This document shows positions 28,623-37,968 of a stretch of DNA of 64,000 nt, piece by piece. Each line of letters starts with the position of its first letter. Positions within the stretch are counted from its first letter, which is position 1. The notes beneath the pieces were generated by a model. It was not told where the DNA came from and made no database searches. It saw nothing but the letters and a program-made list of their open reading frames with translations. The DNA lies in contig CP070707.1 of assembly GCA_020350205.1 (NCBI GenBank), forward strand, positions 2,812,734 to 2,876,733. Reading direction: 5' to 3'. The DNA comes from a bacterium. GTDB taxonomy: Bacteria > Calditrichota > Calditrichia > RBG-13-44-9. The position numbers and the translations under genes were made by a program.

Positions 28623-30260
28623 TTACCAAAAAACTGCGTATAACGCCGCCAGAATCAGAATAATTAGATAAGCACCGATATTAAACGGAGCACTTGTTTT
28701 AAAAGTACTTGCTGTCAGAGCTATTCCTTTAGGATCGTCTACATGAATGGAAGTGCTTAGACTTACACCGACAATCACAACCATTGTAATGAGTGTTGTG
28801 TAGAGCATCTGATCCATCCAGGGCAGATCAACAGCTTGTGTTTTGAGTAACAGCGCTACAGGTATGGAGATAATCACACCGATAATTGCACTTTTACTTG
28901 TGGCCTTTTTCCAGAATAAACCCATCAGGAAAACCGCCAGAATACCGGGACTCACCAAACCTGTATATTCCTGAATGTATTGAAACATCTGGGGAATATT
29001 ACCGAGAAAGGGCGCAATGAATCCAGCTGTGATTAAAGCAATAGCCGCACTAATTCTTCCGGTATTTACCATCTGTTTTTGTGTCGCATTTCTGTTGAAA
29101 TATGGTTTGTATATATCCATTGTAAAAATAGTTGAAGTGGAATTTAACATCGACGCCAGCGATGAAACAATAGCAGCCACCAATGCAGCGATGACGACTC
29201 CCTTCAGTCCATCCGGAATAAACATGCTTATCAGCCAGGGATACGCTTTATCATAATTGATCGAACCATCAAATTTGGTAAAAGCTTCTGTTACACCCTT
29301 AACCGCGGTTGTTCCTTCCGGCTGGGTAAACATAACAAATGCAATAATCCCAGGAATAACTACAATCAGGGGAATTATGAGCTTCAGAAATCCAGCGAAT
29401 ACCAGTCCTTTCTGCGCTTCGACAATTGATTTTGCTGCAAGAGCACGTTGAATGATATACTGATTGAATCCCCAATAATACAAATTCGCCACCCACATAC
29501 CACCGATTAGTACTGCAATTCCGGGTAAATTAAAATATTCGGGATCAGTACGGTCAAGAATCATATGAAATTTATCGTCTGCAGATTCCAAAATATGATT
29601 CAAACCGTTTAACAAACCACCATCCGGTGTCACTGCATTAAGTGCGAGAATTGTAGTGATCAGACCTCCTAAAACCAGCATGATCACCTGAACCACATCG
29701 GTCCAGGCAACCGCAGAAAGTCCACCATATAAAGAATATGCAGCGGCGATAAAGCCAAGAGCCGCGATTGCCCAGATAATCATACTTCCATCACCATTAC
29801 CAATAATTGTATCGATCGCCTTTGCGCCTAAAAACAATACAGATGTCAGATTCACAAAGATGAATAATGCAATCCAGAAAACAGCTAAAATTGTTTTTAA
29901 ACTTGTACTAAAACGTTGCTCGATAAACTCAGGAATGGTGTATAATTTTTTCTCTATAAAAACGGGCATAAAATATTTGGCCACAATAATCAATGTTAAG
30001 GCAGACATCCATTCGTAAGATGCAATTGCTAAACCGATTGCAAAACCAGAGCCAGACATTCCGATAAACTGTTCGGCAGAAATATTTGCAGCAATAAGCG
30101 AAGCGCCGATGGCCCACCATGGAAGAGATTTTCCTGCTAAAAAATAATCCTCGGTATTTTTCTCATGTCCCCTTTTTACCCGGGATACCCAAAGACCTAA
30201 ACTAACAATCCCGATGATATATACTGCAAAAACAATAATATCAACTATTGAAAATTTCAT
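28623..30260 (-). CDS. Sodium:sugar (galactose) symporter, SSS family
   Basis: YFLAGKSLPWWAIGASLIAANISAEQFIGMSGSG, YGGLSAVAWTD, WGFNQYIIQRALAA; close to vSGLT-type transporters. Confidence 0.95.
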   Translation of the reverse strand: MKFSIVDIIVFAVYIIGIVSLGLWVSRVKRGHEKNTEDYFLAGKSLPWWAIGASLIAANISAEQFIGMSGSGFAIGLAIASYEWMSALTLIIVAKYFMPVFIEKKLYTIPEFIEQRFSTSLKTILAVFWIALFIFVNLTSVLFLGAKAIDTIIGNGDGSMIIWAIAALGFIAAAYSLYGGLSAVAWTDVVQVIMLVLGGLITTILALNAVTPDGGLLNGLNHILESADDKFHMILDRTDPEYFNLPGIAVLIGGMWVANLYYWGFNQYIIQRALAAKSIVEAQKGLVFAGFLKLIIPLIVVIPGIIAFVMFTQPEGTTAVKGVTEAFTKFDGSINYDKAYPWLISMFIPDGLKGVVIAALVAAIVSSLASMLNSTSTIFTMDIYKPYFNRNATQKQMVNTGRISAAIALITAGFIAPFLGNIPQMFQYIQEYTGLVSPGILAVFLMGLFWKKATSKSAIIGVIISIPVALLLKTQAVDLPWMDQMLYTTLITMVVIVGVSLSTSIHVDDPKGIALTASTFKTSAPFNIGAYLIILILAALYAVFW

Positions 30261-30667
30261 ATAATACTTCCCCTTTTAAACAGATAATCTATTCAACATC
30301 CCTGCCCTGATTCAAATGTTTTTTTTATTGACTTTTTTGGCAGTATCCTGCTCTGAAAACTGAATAATTCCCACTGTTTTGTGTAAATTCTGATATATTT
30401 AGCCTTTGGCCTTGAAGGTGGGATTTGGTTTAACTTTTCAAACGGTTTAATGATATCACCAAGCCGCCGTTCATTTTAATTTTAATAATATCGAACCCAG
30501 GTTGCGTGGTATACGGAGCCTCGTGCGGCAGAAGTCAAATGATTTGATAGGGGTCCAGTTAAATTCGAAAAAGCAATTATTTCGCGAGTGTTGTAAGATT
30601 CTGATATTATTCAAAAAAATAAGGGCAATTAAGCCCTCTTATTTGATTTACTTTTATTTTACTAAAG

Positions 30668-30751
30668 TGCTGGCGGGGGGACTCGAACCCCCACGGGCGG
30701 TAGCCCACTACCCCCTCAAGATAGCGTGTCTGCCAATTCCACCACGCCAGC
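30668..30751 (-). tRNA. tRNA-Leu(GAG)
   Basis: GCTGGCGTGGTGGAATTGGCAGACACGCTATCTTGAGGGGGTAGTGGGCTACCGCCCGTGGGGGTTCGAGTCCCCCCGCCAGCA: acceptor stem, anticodon GAG, long variable arm, GTTCGA T-loop; CCA not encoded. Follows secG, like secG-leuU in E. coli. Confidence 0.97.
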
Positions 30752-30760
30752 GAACTGAGC

Positions 30761-31159
30761 TTATTCAGGTTCTTCCGCCGGTGGCTGCTGCTCCGATTCC
30801 GGTTGAGGTTGTACCGGTAATTCCATACCTTCTTCCAGCGGTTGACCGGTCACCGGTTGCGGGAGTTCGCTGGATTGCTGCTGCCGCTGTAATTCACGCT
30901 GAATTACACTTCCTCCTTCTCCGCTAGTCGGTCGACCAATAAAACCAATCGTTAAACAAAGTAAGCCGTACAGAATTGCCAGAAAGGTTGTGGCTTTCTG
31001 TAGAAAATTTGCCGCACCCCTGGGACCGAATACCCCTCCGGCTCCCATTCCGCCAAAAGATGCTGCTAATCCCCCACCCTTGGCGGATTGCATCAATATG
31101 GTTAAGGTCATTAATAATGCCACCAGCACAAATAATATGAGCAAAATTGAATATAACAT
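30761..31159 (-). CDS. secG: Preprotein translocase subunit SecG
   Basis: ILMQSAKGGGLAASFGG...FG.RGAANFLQKAT; two TM segments and an acidic tail. Confidence 0.95.
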   Translation of the reverse strand: MLYSILLILFVLVALLMTLTILMQSAKGGGLAASFGGMGAGGVFGPRGAANFLQKATTFLAILYGLLCLTIGFIGRPTSGEGGSVIQRELQRQQQSSELPQPVTGQPLEEGMELPVQPQPESEQQPPAEEPE

Positions 31160-31447
31160 AAGACTTTTTCCTCCAATACCACGGTCATGTAAATTTTAAG
31201 CCCAGAAATTTAACCGAAATCACAAGGTATTACAAGCAAATTTTCATTTGCGAAAACAGGTATTGAAAACCAGCCGGAATGATTCCTTCCGCCTCCGAAA
31301 GAATCCCTTCCCAAAAAAACCGGAAGGAACTCACAGTTTATTTCAATTGAAATAAAAATTGCAAATCATAATAGATGCCTGCAAAATCAAGGGAACACAA
31401 AATTCATACATTGGAACTTTATCCCAAAATAGATATATTTTAAAGGT

Positions 31448-33292
31448 ATGAAGAAGAATTCACTAAAAAATAAATCACTGCAGGATAAAATCACCAATCT
31501 CTCTATCTATCCCGGGGTGTATTTGTTCAAAGATAAAACCGGCAAGGTACTCTATGTAGGTAAAGCGATAAATCTCCGTAACCGGGTTCGCAGTTATTTC
31601 CAGGACGCCCGGCATTTGGATACCAAAACTCTGTTATTAGTGAAACGAATCCATGACCTGGATACCATCATCGTAGATAGCGAAATTGAAGCGCTGATCC
31701 TGGAATCGAATCTGATCAAAAAGTATAAACCCCGGTATAACGTAAATCTGCGCGATGATAAAAGTTATCCCTATATTCGCATCACTAACGAACCGATTCC
31801 CCGCATCTTCGTCACCCGTAAAATCGTCAAAGACGGCTCAAAATATCTGGGGCCATATACCGATGTCAAACATCTTCGCTCTATTATGAGACATGTTCGG
31901 AAAATTTTCCCTATTCGCTCCTGTAAATATTATCTGGATGACGATATTATCGCCCGTAAAAAAGTAAAAATCTGCCTCGATTATCATATCCACCGCTGTC
32001 AGGGACCATGCGAGGGGATGGTTAGCAAGGAAACCTACAATGAAATGATCAGTCAGGTGGAAAAATTTTTAAAAGGTAAAACGAGGGACCTTGTCCAGGA
32101 ACTGACGGACAAAATGCAACGGGAATCTGAAAAGCTAAATTTTGAAACCGCTGCCAGATTGCGGGACCAGATACAAATGATTGAAAATTATTCATTCAAA
32201 TCCCAAAAAGTGGTTATGACGGATTTCGAAGATCGCGATGTGGTTACGCTGGCGGTTGAAGAAGAGGACGCCTGTTCAGTGATATTTAAAATCCGGGATG
32301 GCAAAGTTATCGGCAAACAACATTTTTATCTCCAGGGTGTGGAGGGAAAAGACAGCTCGGAAATACTCACTCAGTTTTTACAGCAATATTATCTGGATGC
32401 GGATCAGTATCCCCGGCAAATTATACTCCCTGAGCAGCCCCGGGACAAGCAGCTCCTGGTTGAATGGTTGAGCCAACAGACAGGACAGAAGGTAAAACTG
32501 GTTATTCCTCAACAGGGTGAGAAAAAGAAAGTTCTTCAATTAGCACAAAAGAATGCGGGTTATCTCCTGCAAGAACTGTTGATGCAAAAATCCCAACGAA
32601 AAGACTACCTGGCCTATCCGGTGAAAATTTTACAACAGGACCTGCAGTTAACAAATCCTCCCCGTCATATCGAAGCTTTCGACATTTCCAATCTTCAGGG
32701 TCAGGACGCCGTTGCTTCCATGGTCTACTTTTTCAACGGAAAACCCCGTAAGAATGAGTACCGTCGTTTTAAAATTCGCAGTAAAAACAGCCCCGATGAT
32801 TTTGCAATGATACGTGAGGTGGTATTCAGAAGGTACAAGCGCATTCTACAGGAAAAAGCAACACTCCCGGACCTTATACTCATTGACGGCGGCAAAGGTC
32901 AACTCTCAAGCGCGCTCCAAGCCCTGCAAAAACTTCAGGTTGAAAATCAACCCATAATCGGTTTGGCCAAACGACTGGAAGAGGTCTTCATTCCCGGTGT
33001 CAGCGATCCCCAGAATATATCAAAAAGCTCTGCCGGATTGAAATTACTGCAACAGATTCGTGATGAATCTCATCGTTTTGCTCTCAGTTATCACCGCAAA
33101 TTACGCGGTAAACGGACTCTCAAATCTCCCCTTGATGATGTACCCGGTATCGGCCCTAAACGTAAGCAGTCGCTCCTGAAAGCCTTTCGATCAGTCAATA
33201 TCTTGCGTGAAGCATCGGCAATAGAAATTATGGAAAAAGCAAAATTACCCCGCGTATTGGCGGAAGCGATTTGGAAACATTTTCATGGATAG
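31448..33292 (+). CDS. uvrC: Excinuclease ABC subunit C
   Basis: GIY-YIG domain PGVYLFKD...YVGKAINLRNRV, UVR domain, IEAFDISN, PDLILIDGGKGQL, HhH PGIGPKR. Confidence 0.98.
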   Translation: MKKNSLKNKSLQDKITNLSIYPGVYLFKDKTGKVLYVGKAINLRNRVRSYFQDARHLDTKTLLLVKRIHDLDTIIVDSEIEALILESNLIKKYKPRYNVNLRDDKSYPYIRITNEPIPRIFVTRKIVKDGSKYLGPYTDVKHLRSIMRHVRKIFPIRSCKYYLDDDIIARKKVKICLDYHIHRCQGPCEGMVSKETYNEMISQVEKFLKGKTRDLVQELTDKMQRESEKLNFETAARLRDQIQMIENYSFKSQKVVMTDFEDRDVVTLAVEEEDACSVIFKIRDGKVIGKQHFYLQGVEGKDSSEILTQFLQQYYLDADQYPRQIILPEQPRDKQLLVEWLSQQTGQKVKLVIPQQGEKKKVLQLAQKNAGYLLQELLMQKSQRKDYLAYPVKILQQDLQLTNPPRHIEAFDISNLQGQDAVASMVYFFNGKPRKNEYRRFKIRSKNSPDDFAMIREVVFRRYKRILQEKATLPDLILIDGGKGQLSSALQALQKLQVENQPIIGLAKRLEEVFIPGVSDPQNISKSSAGLKLLQQIRDESHRFALSYHRKLRGKRTLKSPLDDVPGIGPKRKQSLLKAFRSVNILREASAIEIMEKAKLPRVLAEAIWKHFHG

Positions 33293-33405
33293 ATAACAAT
33301 ATTACTTGTATATAATATAGTATTGGGTGAAGTGAATTTTGGGATCAGCACCTCGTACCTGCAGTATATTTTTAGAAAACATTAAGTATATGATGTTTGT
33401 AATTG

Positions 33406-33629
33406 GTCATTTCGAGCGCAGTCCCGGCTGAGCGGGACGAAGTCGAGAAATCTTTATAATTTGATAGACCTTTCCCCGACTGAACGACGGATAGGTCTCA
33501 TGCAGAGAGATTGTCTCTATCAACCTTAGAATAACGCGACCGATCTTTCGACTCCCCCGCACTCAATCGGACTTCACTATATGTATTAAGAATTATTAAT
33601 AAATTGAGTACAGGATCGCTCAAGATGAC
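33406..33629. repeat. Composite MITE/REP-like element with nested small palindromes
   Basis: Left arm GTCATTTCGAGCGCAGTC[CCGGCTGAGCGGGACGAAGTC]GAGAAATCT; right terminus CGCTCAAGATGAC (33617-33629). A degenerate inverted copy of the arm lies at about 33541-33577 and an internal hairpin AGACCT...AGGTCT at 33466-33498. Confidence 0.65.
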
Positions 33630-33909
33630 AATTTAAAAGTGCAAGTAACTTTGGCAAGTTGAATCTTTTCGTCCTCGAATGAATGGATATCATCAATTTC
33701 GCTCTTGCCATTCTGCTTGTCCAGACTCCGATGATTCTATGCATTCTTGGCAAAACTCTGATGGAATTCTGTGCCACACTACCAGGAAGCAATTATTTTT
33801 GAATAAATAAAAAAATCTTTACACCGATGAATGATCAGAGACCAAAATTGTTTCGAATGATGCATAAATAAGGTATTATTAATGCATATTTTTATGTAAG
33901 GCTCAAGGC

Positions 33910-35886
33910 ATGTTTCTTAAAGATATTATACACAATCCAAAACGAATTTTATTCACGGGAATGTTATTAATATTTCAGATTTTAATGGTCAATGCCCAGA
34001 TCCCGACCAAATCGGATTCACTCCCGCAATACCGACTCAGCGAAATTGTAGTCTTGGGAGAACGGCTTCCGGAAAGTGAGGTTTTGCCGCTATATGAGAT
34101 AAAACAGGAAGAGATCCAGCAGCTGGATGCTACCAGCGCCCGCAATTTGATGGAGTATGTTCCCGGGGTTTATTTTTCACTGACTGAAAGAAATGAATAT
34201 ACCTTTCGACTGCGGGGATTTGAGCAGCGGCAGGTCAACGTGTATTTGGACGGTATCCCGATTTCCGTTCCATTCGACGGGGTAGTGGATATCGCACAGC
34301 TGGGGGGCGATAACTTCGAAAATGTCCGAATATCCAAAGGCATCTCTTCAGTCCTATATGGAGCAAATACTCTGGGGGGAAATGTCAATCTTATCACGAC
34401 ATATCCCAGCAAATCCCTTCACTACCGGCTCCGGGCCGAAGGCAGCGACCAGGGAAGATGGTTTGGAAATATTCAGGTCTCAAGTGGCTGGAAAGAATTA
34501 CGATACAGTGCCGGCTTTTCCCACGAACAGTCCCCGAATTTTACCTTACCTTCGGACACACCTCCCCTGAAAAACAATAGGGGAACTGCCCGTGATAACA
34601 GCGCATTCCGAAAAAATAGCGGCGCTATAAAATTACATTATCATTTGCACCCTTCCCACCGGATAGGACTGCATCTGAACATCATTCAGAACCGTTTCAA
34701 CGTTCCTCCCAACGCACTTGAAGAGCGCCCCCGCTACTGGCGATTTCCGGAATGGCAAAAAAATGTTGTCAGCCTAAACAGTGAACATCTCTTCTCAGAT
34801 CAGTTTATTCTGCGGTCTGTCTGGTATTTTGATTCTTACCACAACGTCCTGGATGCCTACCAGGACTCCACTTACTCCGAACTGAGATTCAGATCGACTT
34901 ATGATGATTACTCATTTGGGGCAATTCTTTATCCGCAGTTTCATTATTTCACCTGGGGAGATACCCGGGGAATATTATCCTATAAGCAAGACGTACACCG
35001 CGAGAAAGCGGCTGATTCAGATCCCTACTCAAAATTCTCAATGCACACCATAACATTTGGACTGGAACAATATGTTCAGCTATCGCCGGATTGGCGGGCC
35101 ATGCTGGGTGCAGATGGCAGCTATCTCAATCCGCTCTATGCCGATGGGGGTGAACTTCGCGAAGCAATTTTCCTGGGTAACCTGCAACTTACTTTAAACT
35201 ATTCATTTCTGGATCTCTTTAAAATGATTGGTTCGTTAAGCACCAATAGTCGGTACCCCACCCTGAAAGAACTCTACTCGGAGCGCCTGGATCAAAACAT
35301 TGCTAATCCGGGGCTTGAACACGAACGCGCCTTGAATATGGAAATTGGATTTAGATTCAATGATGATGAGGGATACAGCAACATCACTCTGTTCAACAGC
35401 AGGTTGACCGATTTGATCACAAATGTCCACATTGAAGAGGGAATCAGTCAATACCAGAATATAGGAAAAGCAAACCTGCGCGGTTTCGAACTGGAAGTTG
35501 GGCGAAATCTGGGAAATCTGAATATAAATACCAATTACACTTATCTGCAGACTCTCAATCAAACTTCGGATCGGGTTACAGATTACCTGGCTTATCGACC
35601 AAAACACCGGATTAATGGTCTATTGGATTTTACTTTTCTGGAACGCATGCGACTCCATGCCGAGGGGAGCTATACCTCCGACCAGTATTACCAGAATCCC
35701 GATAATTTGCAATGGGAAAAATTGAATGATTTTGGAGTAGTAAATGTAAAATTTGAATTCCAGCTCACCCCCATTACCCTGATTTATCTGCGGGGTAATA
35801 ATTTGTACGATTCATTTTATTTCACTGAATATGGTATCCCCATGCCGGGCAGGGAGATAATATTAGGGGTAAAGCTGGGGAAATGA
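33910..35886 (+). CDS. TonB-dependent receptor
   Basis: Signal peptide, TonB-box-like EIVVLG, plug motif VPGVY...LRGF...YLDGIP, SVLYGANTLGGNVNLIT, and a C-terminal PGREIILGVK beta-signal. Confidence 0.95.
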   Translation: MFLKDIIHNPKRILFTGMLLIFQILMVNAQIPTKSDSLPQYRLSEIVVLGERLPESEVLPLYEIKQEEIQQLDATSARNLMEYVPGVYFSLTERNEYTFRLRGFEQRQVNVYLDGIPISVPFDGVVDIAQLGGDNFENVRISKGISSVLYGANTLGGNVNLITTYPSKSLHYRLRAEGSDQGRWFGNIQVSSGWKELRYSAGFSHEQSPNFTLPSDTPPLKNNRGTARDNSAFRKNSGAIKLHYHLHPSHRIGLHLNIIQNRFNVPPNALEERPRYWRFPEWQKNVVSLNSEHLFSDQFILRSVWYFDSYHNVLDAYQDSTYSELRFRSTYDDYSFGAILYPQFHYFTWGDTRGILSYKQDVHREKAADSDPYSKFSMHTITFGLEQYVQLSPDWRAMLGADGSYLNPLYADGGELREAIFLGNLQLTLNYSFLDLFKMIGSLSTNSRYPTLKELYSERLDQNIANPGLEHERALNMEIGFRFNDDEGYSNITLFNSRLTDLITNVHIEEGISQYQNIGKANLRGFELEVGRNLGNLNINTNYTYLQTLNQTSDRVTDYLAYRPKHRINGLLDFTFLERMRLHAEGSYTSDQYYQNPDNLQWEKLNDFGVVNVKFEFQLTPITLIYLRGNNLYDSFYFTEYGIPMPGREIILGVKLGK

Positions 35887-35898
35887 AGGAAGATACGG

Positions 35899-35940
35899 GA
35901 ATATTGAATATCTGACAACGAATGTTGAATATTGAATCCA
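35899..35940. repeat. Short degenerate heptamer tandem repeat
   Basis: GAATATT GAATATC TGACAAC GAATGTT GAATATT GAATCCA. Confidence 0.55.
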
Positions 35941-36042
35941 ACAGAGTAGATGTTATTTATTTAGTCGTGCCTTTTTTACCTTTTTCCTTTATCCATTTTT
36001 ATACAGGCGGAATATTTATTCCGGGTCATCAGCTGTTTTTGT

Positions 36043-36807
36043 TCATTTCTTCTTATTAAAATATTCATTTATCCACTTCTGAAAATCTTTTCCTACCCAC
36101 AGATCAGTAAAAGCCTCGGTTTCAAATTCCACTAACGATTCCTCTGTATCAATATGACTGCGCCGGTAGAGGTCCAGAAATATTTTGACAGCGTCAGCAG
36201 AATTTTGAATTATTCTGGAAGCCAATGCCATGGCTGCCGGAAGCAAGGCTTCAACTTCCACAATAGTATCAACGAAACCGTACTGAAGGGCAAGCCTGGC
36301 ATCCACATTATCGGCAGTAAGGAGTAAATGCAATCCTCTGTGACCCAATATTCTGAACAGTCTCAGCCCACCACCCCAGCCGGTAATGACGCCATTAGCT
36401 GCCTGTCTGAAAGAGAACCGGGCATTACTTGAGGCAATTCGAAAATGACAGGCAGTCAATATTTCGCAACCACCTCCAAATACCTGTCCGTTAATGGCCG
36501 CAATAACCACCCTTTCTCCAGACCAGAAACGATTGAGAATGGACTGCATGCGTAAAGACATATTTCTAGCCTGCTGACGGGTTTTCAGACGCATGAAATA
36601 TTTCAGGTCCCCCCCCGCGCAGAAGGAGGTTGCTCCGGAAGCGGTAAGTATCATCACCCGGACTTCAGGATGGCCTTCAATTTCATCAAGTATTTCCTCC
36701 AAGCGGGTCATCATCTCTTCACTGATCGCGTGATGCACCTCCGGACGGTTCAAGGTAATAACCGCAATGTGGTTTTGAGAATGGTAATCCAGCAGGATAT
36801 GTGGCAT
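36043..36807 (-). CDS. Enoyl-CoA hydratase/isomerase (crotonase) family protein
   Basis: ITLNRPE, FCAGGDLK, IAAINGQVFGGGCE, GVITGWGGG. Confidence 0.93.
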   Translation of the reverse strand: MPHILLDYHSQNHIAVITLNRPEVHHAISEEMMTRLEEILDEIEGHPEVRVMILTASGATSFCAGGDLKYFMRLKTRQQARNMSLRMQSILNRFWSGERVVIAAINGQVFGGGCEILTACHFRIASSNARFSFRQAANGVITGWGGGLRLFRILGHRGLHLLLTADNVDARLALQYGFVDTIVEVEALLPAAMALASRIIQNSADAVKIFLDLYRRSHIDTEESLVEFETEAFTDLWVGKDFQKWINEYFNKKK

Positions 36808-36937
36808 AATAATATGTCATCTAAATCTGAATTAACAATATTTAATGATTAAATTCAAAAAAGCTGAGAATCTTGAATCTAGTATATATACTCTTCTACG
36901 GAATATGGGATATCGAAACTCATCAGCAGCTTTTATA

Positions 36938-37070
36938 TTTCCAGTTTCATCTATCCGGTACCTAATACTGAAATTCCAGTATCTAATATCTAGTATTTTG
37001 TATTTTGTATTTTGTATTCTGCATCTTGTATCTTGTATCCTGTCTTTTGTCTCTTACCTTTCGCCTTTAC
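36938..37070. repeat. Degenerate heptamer tandem array (19 units)
   Basis: In-register 7-mers: TTTCCAG TTTCATC TATCCGG TACCTAA TACTGAA ATTCCAG TATCTAA TATCTAG TATTTTG x3 TATTCTG CATCTTG TATCTTG TATCCTG TCTTTTG TCTCTTA CCTTTCG CCTTTAC. Confidence 0.8.
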
Positions 37071-37085
37071 TTCCCGCCGTTTATG

Positions 37086-37919
37086 TCAGTCGAGTAATCC
37101 CCTTTTATTGGCCCAGCCGTAAAAATCTTGTTCCAGCTGTTCGAACGAGTCTATGACAAACAACAGCGGTTGCATATGCCACACATCATAGGGTTGCTCA
37201 CACATCTTGTCCAGGTCCGCCGGCCGTTTTTCCACTTTATCGGTTAAACTATGTTGAGTTTCCGCATAAGAAGATATGATCCCGTTCCCATAAATTCGCA
37301 ATCCCTGGCCGGTATGGATCAATCCAAATTCCACTGTGAACCAGTAAATAGTTTCCAACCTCCGCCGGTCTTTTCCCTGCGCATTCATCGAAGCTTTTCC
37401 GATTTTTTGATAAAAATCGGCAAATGCTCTGTTTGTAATCATAGGAGTGTGACCGAAGATATCATGAAATAAATCCGGTGCCGGGGTATAATCCAGCTCG
37501 TGCCTGGGCCGGATATAGTCAGTTGACGGGAATACCCGTCTTGCCAGTCGTGAAAAGAAATCTCCTTCGAATAGAAGACCCGGGACACGGGCAACCTGCC
37601 AGTTGGTGGTTTCCTCCAGTATGCGTCCCACCTCGCCCAGGTATGGAATTCGCTCTTCCGGGAATTTCATCATCTCCAGACCTGCCATATATTCCTGCGC
37701 GGCTCGCCCGGGCAGTAACTCCCGTTGCCGTTTATAAAGAATTTTCCAGGTTTCCTGTTCCTCATCGCTATAATCAGGATAAACGATATCATTTCCTTCC
37801 GGGGCAGGACCATCCAACTTTATCGGGACAACTCTGGGATCATCACCCTGTAAGCCGGCTTTTTCAAACGCAGATAAAGATTCATCATCTTTCTGCTTTT
37901 TATTTTTTAAGTTATCCAT
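37086..37919 (-). CDS. phhA: Phenylalanine 4-monooxygenase
   Basis: DYTPAPDLFHDIFGHTP (Fe ligands), YWFTVEFGL, YGNGIISS. Confidence 0.93.
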   Translation of the reverse strand: MDNLKNKKQKDDESLSAFEKAGLQGDDPRVVPIKLDGPAPEGNDIVYPDYSDEEQETWKILYKRQRELLPGRAAQEYMAGLEMMKFPEERIPYLGEVGRILEETTNWQVARVPGLLFEGDFFSRLARRVFPSTDYIRPRHELDYTPAPDLFHDIFGHTPMITNRAFADFYQKIGKASMNAQGKDRRRLETIYWFTVEFGLIHTGQGLRIYGNGIISSYAETQHSLTDKVEKRPADLDKMCEQPYDVWHMQPLLFVIDSFEQLEQDFYGWANKRGLLD

Positions 37920-37968
37920 ATTTACCTCCGTGTCAGCTGTATATAAATGTGTTACGGTTTAGGAAAAT

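Noticed and set aside
30270-30668. Integrative element at the tRNA-Leu 3' end
   Set aside because: No duplicated tRNA 3' end (att site) and no integrase noticed in the window.
30502-30927. 141-aa plus-strand ORF
   Set aside because: Antisense to tRNA-Leu and secG.
33630-33909. Cobalamin or other riboswitch upstream of the TonB-dependent receptor; also a 39-aa ORF from 33683
   Set aside because: No B12-box or GCCACTG-type motif seen; the small ORF has no RBS or other support.
36938-37070. CRISPR array
   Set aside because: Units are 7 bp with no spacers, and there are no cas genes.
36845-37156. 103-aa hydrophobic ORF
   Set aside because: An artefact of translating the heptamer array (ILYFVFCILHLVSCIL).
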